This document shows, piece after piece, positions 37,810 to 50,676 of a stretch of 64,000 nucleotides of DNA. The notes below the pieces were generated by a model. That model saw only the letters and a program-made list of their open reading frames with translations, was not told where the DNA came from and did no database searches. Location: assembly GCA_051362555.1 (NCBI GenBank), contig CM120646.1:4898001-4962000 (forward strand), given 5' to 3'. Each line of letters opens with the position of its first letter. Position 1 is the stretch's first letter. Source of the stretch: Lingula anatina. Its lineage: Eukaryota; Animalia; Brachiopoda. Made by a program: the position numbers and the translations under genes.

Positions 37810-40566
37810 TCATAAAATATATTTATGCGAAAGATGTGTAATAAAAACCATTAGCACAACCTGCCAAAGAAAACAACTTCGCGAGGCGGAAGATGCTGGA
37901 TAATCTGTTTTCTTTATGGCTTCTTCCGGCACGTTAGAACTGAGCGGTTCAGAGATGTTCCTAACAAGGCTTACTTCAAAAGTGACCCCTTTGTGAATTT
38001 TTATAGGGTGAACTTGTCGAAGGAAAGCGTCGAATTCATCAGTTAAATTCTCGAACAATAGTTGAGCCTCGTTGATATGGTCAACGCTTTTCCGCAGCCA
38101 CACTGGAAAAGTAGTAGTGATGAAATCTCTCTCATAGTTTGGGAGGACACATTCACGCATCCCCCCTCCAGCGATCGTCCATGCGCCGTATGGAAAAAAT
38201 TCTGAAATACCTTTCTCTGCAAAAAACGACTTATACGCCGTGCAAAGTGGCCTGTGGCTACATGGGTACTCTAGGTGCTGGTTGGGATCGAATTTGAGAG
38301 TAAGGAAGAAAGGAAGGTTACGCATATGACGAAGGGGGGGTGAGAGGAAAGTTTCCTCCACGGAACATTCCTCGCCTTGTTTATTCGTGTTCTGAAAGAG
38401 AACGTCACGTGATTTAATATTAAACATGCTAGACTGTACAAAACGGAGTCTAAATTGACTCTGCTAATTAGTATTTTCAGCAAATAACATATTTCCTACG
38501 AAATATTATGTTCATTACATATTGGGACAAAAAAATATATGTGGTATATTTAAAATTACCAGAAATGAAGAAATTTCACGCAGTGTTGATGTTTTCAATC
38601 AAGCACTAAATAAGAAACCTGAGTTTCAGTGCTAAAGAATTCGAGCTACTTCCTTTTAAATTTAATGGCCATACATCTGATTTGATCATGATCAGTTCAG
38701 ACATTTCAGATGGAAATGGCTACACCGGGTTCACTTACATTTGGCGTTTTTCATTTTTTTTTTTTTCCTTTACAGGTCTGGACTAAGAAAGGTAATTTGC
38801 TTTGAAGGATGTTTAAATACAAATTTCGAAACGTGAATAGAATACCTGTGTTGCTTCAATTTCAATTTTACGCATTTGCAGATACAGAGTATCATATTTC
38901 AGTCAACACCTGTTGGGAGATAGCAGTAAGACGCACTAGTAGACCATTATTCCTTTAAGAAAACAATCATTTATATGCTTACGTCATGCAGTTTCCCTTG
39001 GCCAGGCAATTCCCGTTGAACATCTATCACTGCAGAAAAGCCAAGCGGTTCAATTGTTTTTGTCTTCCTGTTGCCTGTAAAATAGAATCAATCTCAATGA
39101 TAAAGTTACACAATTGCGTATATTTTGACCAAAGATGTCGTTATGGAGATGGTGTATTTTCCATTAAATGACAAACACCAGATGTGAACAGATTAAGAGT
39201 TAGGGCAATAATTGTTACTGTTCCGGGTCATAACCCTGTCGTGAAGAAGAAAGTTCATTTACGAATCAATAGATATGTTGATTGACCGGATAAGGTGATA
39301 ATGTCATTAATTTAACTCTAGCACGAACAAGTGGTCAAAGATGTTTTAACCGAAAACGGCGTGTAAGTAGCTAACATGGGAAATGAGTTTGTATGGAAAA
39401 TTAAGTGGCTCACCAATGTCATCACATTTTTTTATCTCCAGAACCATGTCCAGCGGCAAACGACAAATCCAACAGAAAATGTTTCGACCAAAAGAGTACC
39501 CGAAAATGCCATGAACGTAGGTCATCGACACGGGGCCAAACTCACAAAGCCTGGTAGATTCGGCGGCAGCGTCCCGTAAGCACAGTTCATTTTTCAAACT
39601 TGTTTTAGGATCATGATTTCCCTGAGGACCAATACAAGGGCGCCCTGGGTAAAAGTCCGGGGTATCAAAGAATAGCATGCAATGTTTCATATGAAAAATC
39701 ATATGCAAAATTTCAGCAACGGTCCGAACTTTTTGAAAGGTTTCCTTTTGTTCAATGTTACAAGCAATCATGGGCTTCCATGCTTTGTGTGATGAAACTT
39801 TGTGACAGGTCGCGCAGAAAATGTTTTTGAATGTGACGTTTGCCTTCTTTGACGAGACAGGCAGCATAATATCAATGTCATTAGACCAGCCTTTGAACTC
39901 GCATTTTTGGCGGACAACTTCATCATGCCAGTGAAGTGGACATGAAGAGACGATCCAAAAATACCTACTGCCTACGCCCCTTATTTCTTTATTCCCCTGT
40001 AGCCAACATTCTGTGTCATTGCTGGATATCTCAATTCCCGTGACTTTTGTCTCTGTGCAGTATTGATTGTATGGCCAACAGCAGTCCCCAAACACGTTAC
40101 ACAAATCGTCACAGAAACATGTGACCAGAATCATGTCATCCATCGACTCTCCTGTACGATTGACACAGAACGGGATGTTTACTGTGACGTCAAGCGGTAT
40201 CAAATTTTTCGGTGGAAATGTTGTTGAACTAGCTTCATCGTTTGTGGGAAATATAGAAACAGGTCGGAATGGAAGGTCGGCTAATTCAGATTCATTTTGC
40301 CGGGAGCTTGAGTTCGGCACTTTTGCTGTGACGTTGGAGAAACCATACCTTTCGTCAGGTAACATCTTCTCTGTTGCTTGTTTCCCCTCTTTCTTTTGGT
40401 TACGACCGTAACTGAAGTTTGTCAAGAAAAAAGGTGTTGAAGCCGAGATTAATGAAGCATTACTCCAAGTTGTGTGATAGGCCGCGTTTTTCACAGTCTC
40501 AGCATTACCAATCTGTGACTCTAGACTGACACAAACACATAGTGCCAGCATTAGTAACAACTTCAT
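37810..40566 (-). CDS. SMB-like/Cys-rich GPI-type glycoprotein, array copy 4 (593 aa). Exons 40566-39414, 39029-38983, 38391-37810
   Basis: Very close paralogue of copy 3 with exon lengths 1153/47/582 and an intact frame. Confidence 0.85.
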
Positions 40567-42174
40567 TGTCAACTGCCTATTATGTTAGTGTTAACCACGC
40601 TACGGTGCTCTCTGGGGTTTATATACACATGGGTGACTACTTGTGACTGGTTAATTTTCCAACGTAATGCCGGCAAAGTGGCCTATAATGTTTGGTGTGA
40701 CGCAACAATGAGCCAATGAGAATGAGAGAGCACCCCCCTTTAGCAGTCAACCACAGGTTTGGGTCATGATAACGTTTACTGATTTGAAACCTTTTCATAA
40801 ATGATCGTTCAAAATGCTTGCTTTTTAAAACGACTTTTTGTTTAAACGTACTGTTAGACGTTGCTTCTCCCGACGTTTTGGTATAATTATTAATACGTCT
40901 GAAAAACGCTGCGTTTCGGTTGGCTACTGCATGATGCTTCAACCGTGAACGGCTCACTAGGCTTCGTTAAATGGTATTTTAAGGCGTTTGAAAAATTATT
41001 TGTACGCTTGTTAGACGTGTCGAGTAATATGCCGTTAATGAATCATCATTGTAAACTGTTTCGAGATTTAGTGGTGTCTCAATTATTACAATAAGCCAAT
41101 AAGTATATACCAATAAGTATTACTCCGAGTTGCACAAGGTCTCGTTTTTGACAAGTATTCAACATCACCGCTGTAATAGACTTAAGACGACATACGTATA
41201 ATACACATGTACCAGCAGTCGCAACACCTTCAATTTGTGCTGAATCTATTCTTATCACCCTGTCTGACCGTACCGTAGGCGTCACAGGTACCGTCCAAAT
41301 CCTCTTTTGTTTATCCTCTTTCTGCTAAACTGTATTTTATATTTATTTTAAATCTCGTGTAACGTACAGAGAGTCCCCCGTGATAGAGAGTCCGCTCTCT
41401 GTCACGCGTTTTGTTATAAACATCTAACCGAAATGTGCGGGGGGAAAAGACATATCAAAACATGTAGCGTGCTTGAAGAATAAAATGTTGAGCAAAAGTG
41501 GCCTTTGGAGCAGACGGCAACAAAAAAAATAATAATAAACAAGACCTCATTTCAACCATCTCCAACCCGAGAGCAGTTGCCCCTACGCTTCTTGCCAAAA
41601 TAGTTCGCGGGATGAATAATAACTGTAGCACAGAAATGGAAAAATTGAACACAAGAAAAGAACACGCTGCACTTTCTACTTTGCAAATTTGATCTCAAAA
41701 ACCTACCATTTGAATTTCTCTAATGACTCATGCAAAGTATGGCATGGTACATGTTAAGAAAATAGATGAAGCTTCAGGGAAAATTATTTCTTCTTCCTTG
41801 CTGATTTATCGATTTTTTTTTCAGAGCGCTATGTGCAGTGCCGTTTTTTTTTTTTTTTTTTTTTTTCAACATTGATAATACAAAGAGGGATAGAACGAGA
41901 TGGACAGTGGTTCCAGCTAGACAATATCGTGCAAATTCACGTATACCTAGTAAAATGAAGGCACCATAAACCCAATTCATCTTCCATTTCACGAGCTAAA
42001 ATTTGGGTACCAATTTAAATATAATTTGTCTTATTCAAACACTTTAACAGGTAATTCAGCTGTGGCCAAGTCTGTCGGAGTGAACAAACGAAACAGTCAG
42101 CAGGTAAAGCAAATATCTGGATCCATCATAAATAAAAACTTTTTGACTATCAAAACTGAGATGCAATGAAACTA

Positions 42175-43837
42175 CAGACTTGACATTTAATATGGAATAT
42201 TTTTTTCCAAATCATATTTCATCAGTTTTTTCCTATTTTGCTGACTGATAAATGAAAACAAGGATTAAAATCGTGTTTTAATAACTTTTAATTATCTCTT
42301 TGGTGTCATTGTGACAACAGTTCATTAATGGAATTCGCCAGAGAAGCAAACAAAAACACATTGCCTATTCTATGCCATACGACAACCATTAAAAGAGATA
42401 TTTTGGATCTCCATATTTTCCAAATTATTGTCTGTAAAAGAGTTACACGCTCCACAAAGGACCCTCATGTCAGTGTCTAGTAACAAGTAAAGGTTGCTGT
42501 TACGCCTGACCTCTTTTGGCTGCTACCAGCGCTCGCAAGTGGCAAGGCATTCCTTGGAATAGGTTTTTAGAGTTCAATCTGGAATAACATTCCAGGCATC
42601 GGTCAAAATCTGTCCAAGTTGGTCCAGTTTTGTTGTATGACATTTAGGCCATTGATTTGACGAGTAATAGCTTACCCACATATTGTCTATGTGGTTCAAA
42701 TATGGTGATTTTGATGACCAAGGTAGCTGCTCATTCCCTTGGTTCTGTAAGTAATCTGCTATTAGAAGTGCTCTGTGTGAACCGGCAATCTCACCGTGCA
42801 ACCTAAAATTGTTCCTAAGTTGCCCCCTATCAAATGATAGTCAAGTGGTTCCCAGATTATTCCTTTATTTCATTTGGTTCAGGTTTTCTTCGATGACTAC
42901 CATTGGTGTTTTGGCACCAATGTTGTATCCACCCCAAATAGTGACGCTGTTAATGACCTTAGTCACTTTAGACGCAGTACACGCTTTCTCGTTGGACTCT
43001 TCTGGATGTCTGTAAACTCTGTTTTGACTAGTTGAGCGGTACAGGTGAAATCTAACCTCAATAAAGAAAGCCACGAGGTTTCAGTGTTCAACCCAGAAAC
43101 GGTCAAGGTCCCCAATTCATTAGAGAAACATACAACGATGTTTTGCTGTTTACAGTTGGTTCCTCGGAGGTCGTCTGGTATTCTAACCTGCTAAAACCAG
43201 TTTGGTGTTCGCTAAGGGCCTTGCAAAAAGCGTTTTGTTGGAAATTTACCCCTCATTCTTAACGGACTGTGTGTTTTTGTTTAGTCGCAACAGCATATCC
43301 CGAAAGACAGGGGGTCTTGTACCCTGGTGGTAAGATTTCAATACATTGGGTGTGTCCTCTGTGTAGGTACATCAGTCTGGGCATTACTTTATAAAACTGT
43401 ACGGACCGTTTCGTTTGGCGCAATTATTTGTCTGACAATGTCTGTCTTTTTCGCGCCATTCTGACACAGATTAACAAATTTGTAAAGCACTGCATAGTGC
43501 ATTTTACACACTGCAAAACCGACCACTTGCATGCAAAATTTCAAAATTTTCTATGCAGTAGTTGCCGACATATGGATACTTTTTTGACAGAACCATGCTT
43601 TGCCAAAGCAATGCTTTGACCTGCCCAAAGGAGCACTACCCAATGAAATTACTGCATATTACATAATTCAGCAGCGCAACAAACCTGGTATTCAGTTAAT
43701 TGGTAGCGACACACCTGACTACACACTTCTCCATTCACACATCTTATTTGAGATCAGAGTTTTTTTTTTAAAAAGAGCGCATTTTTACGTAGACATACCT
43801 TCGAAACTGAAATATTCCATATTAAATGTCAAGTCTG
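42175..43837 (-). mobile_element. Full-length degenerate Tc1/mariner transposon (1663 bp)
   Basis: Perfect 28-bp TIRs CAGACTTGACATTTAATATGGAATATTT and a TA TSD. The empty site aatgacacTAttttcacat is at about 35239. Transposase remnants: RVYRHPEE, SVTIWGG, WSSKSPYLNHIDNMW, LGQILTDAWNVIPD. Confidence 0.9.
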
Positions 43838-46800
43838 TATTTTCACATAAATTTTCTTGTTTTTATTTGTTAATAATCCTGATAGTTTTGCAAAGAAAAT
43901 AATTGGATGCAATTTTGCAAACAATGATTGTTTCATTGGTTGTAACTGTTACTTCCAAAACATAGAAACCGCAGTTTTAAGCTACTTACCGCATTATAAA
44001 TATTTCTTTCATTTTTCTGACTACAATATGCACGAAAAGGACCATCGTTCTAATGTAAGCAAAGAAGAGACAGATTATATTGGACGTTCTTTGGATTATT
44101 TCATTGTTGTTATTCATCAAGTTAAATGGAATACCAGATGTCACACGTTTAACCTGCAATGAGCTAGCTACTATAAACATTTCCGCTGCGCGTGCCAAGT
44201 AGTTGAACAAAAGCACAACTCGCGACGGGTACATGAGTAGATGAAAGGATATTCCTTCGCAGTCGACTTAATTATTAGACCAGTCACCATATCCTAGTAA
44301 GTTACACGACCCACCCTGTATTTACCCAATTTGACTTTCGTAGTTATGACCTGTAATTTCCAATGTAAGTCTGTTGCATGTGCTAAGGGCTCATTGACGG
44401 GGGTTTAGTGGTCGGTAACGGTGCGTTGCCGTATCGACTAGAACCATTTTAGTTACTGCTGACGAGATGCATTTCCTGACAACTACAGGTCACTAATAAA
44501 AGGCGCTAAGCCTGTACTGTTTACTGAAATCGGATGGTTATTATATATGGTTAGTACGTGAGAATGCTTACTGAGATTAGACTTTATAGTGTTGTTATGA
44601 TCACTTAGTAAGTTGTTGTGCAAATGAATTGTTTTTGTTTTGTTTTGAATAAACACTGCCGTGTTAAAGCTCACCAGATTCTTTCGATTGTCGCTCAGCT
44701 TCAAGTCTATATTTTTTATCTTAATGATACAAAAAAAGGAAAATAAAAATATACGCCAATGACACTCAAACCATCTCTATTACTGCATTCATAAAGTGAC
44801 AGTACGTCTTTGGTTTTGGTTAAAAATAACATTTAAGATTATTATTTACCTCAATATCTTCATGATATATGTGAAACAAACCATCATTTTGAAAACCAAA
44901 AAATGGCTATCTACATGTATATTATTTGATAAAATCTTTTTAATTTGTTGACAAAGCTTGGACTTGTGGGTGTTTTGGATTTTGACTTCAATTTTATTTG
45001 GTTGTTCTTAATCACATTGATGCCTATCTGCTTATTGAACCAACTACACCAGGAAACTCCTCCCTCGCACTGGAAGTGTAACGAAACGGATGGTCCGTGT
45101 AACAGAAAGCCAACCTGAGCTTCAGAGATAACTTGACACTAACCTCTTCACAAAAGCCTATCTTCATCGTGTCAAGTTACCTCTGACGAAAATAGTTTGA
45201 CCTAGTTTATATAAGCCAATCGAATCCAAGTTTCAAAAATTTTCACCAAAGTTTGGTGAAAACGCTGATTGGTTGACCGTCAATCGGTAATCCTCGGCTG
45301 ATTCCGCAAGCTCCATACTAACAACAAAGTTATTGTCGAGTGCGGAGACATCCGAACAGTGCCGAGTGCATAACCGTACACAAAGAAAGCATGGCGTCTT
45401 CTACGAGTGACTACGTAAAATAATGTGTTAAGTTATCTCTTGATAATTTGCAAAATATGAGTATATCGGAATTGAAACCAGAGCAGTTTGAGGCCCTACA
45501 TCATTATCTACTGAGGGACCGCAAATGAACGGAAAGCGGACTCTCTGTCATGGGGGACTCTTATGTCTTTTTTTCTTTTTTTTTTTTGGGGGGGGGTGTC
45601 GGGTTGATTCGATATTTTATGAAAAATTTTAATTTGACTTCCATCAAGTGTGCTGTACGTAAAGCGCGGTAACAGTATCAAATCATGTTACAGTTTGTCG
45701 AAAACATTTAACTATGTTGCACATATTCTAAGATAACAAAAGCGAACACAATGGTTTGGATGGTTTCACGTTTCCCATTTTGCTTTGTGATATAAGCACG
45801 AATGCTCATTTAATTCTGTGGACTTTGACTACAAAAGCGATTGGTGTTCGGGTTTTATTTTTATCACAAGTGATATGTTCTTCTTTGTTGTACAGTCGCC
45901 GTTTAGATACGTTCAACCTTTTAGGGTCTTGTCCTTAACACAAGCATCTTTACAAAACAAACCGGTATCGCATGTTATGACATTTCTACCACAATTCAGA
46001 TGTCTTTCTTTGTTGTGCAGTCACCATTAAGATATCTTTAGTCCTAAAGCATTTCCCGTCATAATCGCAACTACCTTTTCAAACTAAACCGGGAATCGGA
46101 TAGCAAATTCAACAGCTAAATTGTGTAGTGTAAAGATATCATATTTGTTGTCTTTCTGACATGAAAAAAAAACGCTTTACTCTTGGGAACAGAACTCATT
46201 GGTCGCCATGCAGTGAGCATTTTCACAGACAACCACCTAAAGCATAATATACCCACATGAGTCTATTAAATAAGATGAACGCCAAAAACATATCTGGCCA
46301 CATGAACTGATCAATTAAGATTAAATTAAATGAAACTGCCGTTGTCACACCATTATGTCAGATACGCTAGTTTATTATTCAACAGTACATATCACCTGCA
46401 TCTCCCAATCTCATTCAAATTCTTCCTGGCGTTGAGAAGAATACGGCAAGGCTGGTAATTTTACGAATTCGAGTGTAATTGTAAGGAGACCGTTATACCC
46501 AGAGTACAGTGCAAGCAAAGTTATAGACTTAATAAAATATCAGCAGACTTAATGTCAATTGGGACCAGAAAAATGGTGAGTAAATGAATCTATGCTAATA
46601 TATGGACGTACAGACAAGCACGCAACAAAATGTAGATAGTGTATTTGAAAATTTATGTGGGTTGATCGAAAACGTAATAGATGACAAGATCCAGAAATGG
46701 TGTTCGAAAAGGCCCATAATATACATTATAGTACTTTATAATCTTAAAATATATTGGTAATACTGTTTTATCAGAGCTTTGGATTGAAGTAAAAATAGAA

Positions 46801-47725
46801 AGGGCTTCAAACAAGGACAGTGAAACTATTAAGCATGAGAAAAGGAGTGAATATACAAAAGACATATATATTTTGATAAACAGTTACGAAAAGCAGAAGG
46901 AAATTATAAAGAGACCATGAGATGCTTCGGTGGGGTATCAACAAAAAATTCTACCGAATTCTGATAAAGATAAACCATCTCTAGATTTAGGAGAAAGACA
47001 CTCCAGTTTAGTGACAATATGTATACCATTTGATTCATCTGTCCTACTGGTGTGAGGCAAGTCGACAAAATTTCGCCAACTTTGTCCTCCAATTTTGCCA
47101 ATGACATGCAATTCATGATCTAGGAGCTGGAATAACGTATGAGGACAATCAAGTGTCAGTTCCACTATACACGACATTGTACTGGATGCACCGTCGGCAA
47201 ATAATTTTCAGGTGTAAGCGCTGGAAGGCAACTCATGCTGCAATGAAATTGTAATTTATTCACCTCTAGACACTTCATTGTAAGGGTTTCTGATCATACT
47301 AGTCCATAAGATCTGGTGGGAAAATAGACTACGCTTAAAATTAAACATGCCGTTCCATTTTTGGGACTGTAAGATAATTTGAGTGCTATAAAACTCAAAT
47401 GTCCAAGGGAAAGTACATCGTATTCCTTGCCATTCTATCACGATTTGAACACTTTGACTGGGACTTTTTTTCCTATCATTGTGGTGAATTGGCCAGCTAA
47501 TAGGTGCAGTCAAATTGACACGTACTCTCTTGTGACCTTAATAATAATAGTAATAAGTTTTTTATTTGGTGCCTCACATACTACCTCAACACTCCTTACA
47601 GTGGATAATATAACTAAAATCTTTAAAATTACTACATTATTTAAATCTAAAACACTCATCGGAACCATTTACCTTTTTGAAAAATCCAAGATGGCCACCA
47701 AAAAAATTAAAAAGGATACAAAAAC

Positions 47726-48433
47726 GGATAACATTTCAACCACAATTCAGATGTCTTCCTTTGTTGTGCATCTTTTGATGAAGTAAATAAAAGAACGGAT
47801 GCCACAAAGCCAATAAAGAAATTATAAAGAGCTATAAAAATACGCTTAAAATCTGTTTGTTATTAGTATTCAGAAAAATAGGAAAATATTAAAAAAATTA
47901 CATTAACAAAACGCTAATGCTATTCATAAATTGCAAACCCTGTATACGACTTATCTCTGTATCCTGACGGTGGGTGGGAGAAAAATAACCTGAAAAAATA
48001 CTGACTTGGCATAAAGTATAATTTCATGATTTTTTTTGTTTTGCCTCTTTATACACAAAAATATTTACTGTTAACCTTCACAAGAAAGAAACCATTCTAT
48101 TCTCAATTAAGAACTTCTGGTGTGACTTTTTTGTCCATTTTCTATATCCAAGCAATCTTCTACATCACTGTGGTAATTGCCATTTCTGAAAGTTTCAAGA
48201 AAACAAGTCCTGCAGAGAGAATGCCAAGCATTCAACTCACTTAAATGGCAAGGAGCTGTAGATAGTGTTCCAGGTAACTTGACCATATGTCGTGTTATGA
48301 AAACAGTCTTAAAACGCGTGCTGAACTATAATGGAATTCCCCTTACAATCTGACCAAGACAATAGTCGAAAAGAAGAAACTTCAGTTAGCATATCAGCTT
48401 ATCTGATGTTAGTATCCAATACAAATTAAAGTT
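47726..48433. repeat. Internally deleted duplicate of the ihog 3' flank/3' UTR
   Basis: Collinear matches: 47726-47910 to 53806-53990, 47913-48013 to 55477-55573, and 48025-48433 to 55698-56123. Confidence 0.85.
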
Positions 48434-48769
48434 CGGATAACATTTCTACCACGTTTCGGATATTTTTCTTTGTTGTGCAGTCACCATTAAAATATCTTTA
48501 GTCCTAATGTATTTGCCTCTTTCACAACTACCTTTTCAAACAAAACAGGGCATCGAATGACAACTTTAACAGTATAATTGTGTAGTGTAAAAATATCATA
48601 TTTATTGTCTTGAAAAAGAAAAACCGCCGTTTGACTCTTGGGAGCAGAACTCATTAGTGGCCATGCAGTGAGCAATTTCGCAATGGGCCACCTAAAGCAT
48701 AATCTGCCCCCATTAGTTATTACATGAGTTTAACGCCAAAAACATATCTTTCCACATGAACTGATCAAA

Positions 48770-49790
48770 TTAGATTAAATTGAATGAAACTGATGTTGAA
48801 ACACCATTATGTGAGTTACACTAGTTTATTATTCAACATTACATATCACCTGGATCTCACAATCACATATATATTCTTCTTGGCGTTGAGTAAAATACTG
48901 CAAAGCTGGTGATTTTACGAATACGAGTTTAATTGTAAGGAGATGATACCCTCAGTACAGGGGAAGCAAAGTTATACACTTAATAAAATATGAGCAGACT
49001 TAATGTCAAGTGAGACCAGAAAAGGTGAGTTTATGAATCAATTCTCATATATGGACGTACAGACAGGCACACAACGAAGTTTATATAGAGCATTTGAAAA
49101 TGTATGTCAAAATCGTAATATATGATAAGATCCAGAAATGGTTTCCGAAAAATGCCCATAGTAGACTAAACCATAAAGTAAAACTGCACCAGTCATATTT
49201 TAATCAGAGCTTTGGACTGATGTAAAAGAAAAAGAAAAAAGAAAAGAAAAGCGCTTTTAAAAAAATAAAGACAGTAAAACGACAGTTAGGGAGTGAATAT
49301 ATACAAAAGACAGATATTTTTCAGTTACGAAAAACAACAAGAAAATATAAAGAGACCCAAATAGATGCTTAGGTAGGGTATGGGCAGAAAACCCTCCTGA
49401 ATTCTGGAGTTAGGTAAACAATCTCTAGAAAAAACAGTTTAGAAAATATATAGTGCGTTATTGTGTTACCGACTGGCTGAATGACAATAACTTACGAGCG
49501 GACGACCAAAATGGTTTTAGAAAACAGAGATCATGTCTTTGCATTCAACGGCATTGTTAAACCAACACACAGGTGTTTGCATCCTTTATTGACCTTCAAA
49601 AATATTTTATTACGTATATAGAGATATATCATGCTGTATAAGTTATTGATAAATGGGGTAAATGGAAAATTTTACCGAGTGATGAAAAATATTTACCATA
49701 AAACATCTGCTTGTGTTGCAATGACACCATCTGGTTCAACTGTCCTACTGGTGTGAGGCAAGGCGACAATATTTCGCCAACTTTATCCTC
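48770..49790 (+). pseudogene. Decayed non-LTR retrotransposon (LINE) ORF2 remnant. Related copies at ~2950-3560, ~13750-13880 plus 18040-18520, ~25750-27650, ~46320-47090
   Basis: Frameshifted translation gives NPPEFW, DDQNGFRKQRSC, VFASFIDLQK, MLYKLLINGVNGKFYRVMKNIY and WFNCPTGVRQGDNISPTL, which are typical LINE RT motifs. Confidence 0.8.
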
Positions 49791-49801
49791 CTAGTAAGAA
49801 C

Positions 49802-49949
49802 CAGGGGCGCGTATCTCGAAAGCCTCGCGCATTGCGACCGTGCGCAAGCGCCTCGATTCCATAACTCGCCCGTACTCACCCCATATAATACATTGTATAT
49901 TTGATATAGCGATTCGCAATACGCGATGCTTTCGAGATACGGGGCCCAG
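49802..49949. mobile_element. Short MITE related to the 24447 foldback
   Basis: Inverted ends CAGGGGCGCGTATCTCGAAAGC / GCTTTCGAGATACGGGGCCCAG. Confidence 0.7.
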
Positions 49950-49971
49950 GGTTATTTGAATTTTTTTTTTT

Positions 49972-50003
<32 letters not shown>

Positions 50004-50676
50004 GGGGGGTCCGGAACGACAGGCCTCGGAATTGAAGCTGATCATCGGCCGCTTGGCGAGGGGTTCGGGGCCAGCCCAAGAGCCCCGAAAAAGACGGTGT
50101 TTTGGAGAGCAAAAAGTGCCCTTTGGTGCCGTTTAGAACTATGATTTAACTGGTCAATGTCCTAATTTCAAGAGAGAAATATCGGTGTGATATATTTTTC
50201 GGAAAACGAAAGGGGTGTCAGGACCCCCTGCCCCTCCCTCTAATTCCGCCACTGAGTAGGCCTACTACTTACAACACGAGTAGTACAATGTATGCGACAA
50301 ATAGGGGAGTAATTATACTGAAGCGCAACCAAGATATAATTTGCTCTTGTATGTCGCATACAGTGGATAACGAGTAGTTGTAACTGACTCATACCACGGC
50401 TGGTGCTTCGAACAATAGGACGAACGCACCAAACCGTATGACAATACAAACAAGCCTGCACAAGTGCAATTATCCTTTTGTTCGAAGCGCCAGTCAAGGT
50501 AGAAATGAAATTCGTGATCTAGGAGCTGGAATAACGTATGAGGACAACCAAATGTCAGTTCCACTATACATGACATTGTTCTGGATGTACCTTCAGCACA
50601 GGTGCTGACGCTGGAAGGCAACTCATACTGCAAAGAAATTGAAATTTGTTCCCTATATTAGCCTACGCTTCAACGT

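Larger units (their letters stand above)
29094..44797. repeat. Recent tandem segmental duplication (units 29094-36191 and 36192-~44797) containing copies 3 and 4
   Basis: tgacaattgtattcct..gttacagaactaggcccag recurs with a 7098-bp offset. Similarity is high across genes and spacers; the second unit also carries the Tc1 insertion. Confidence 0.85.

Noticed and set aside
6521-40566. Calling the array genes adhesion GPCRs
   Set aside because: No GAIN/GPS or 7TM exons are visible, and each gene ends in a stop after one short hydrophobic tail.
45110-45600. Copy-specific insertion in the spacer
   Set aside because: Probably a TE fragment, but no paired ends or TSD could be defined.
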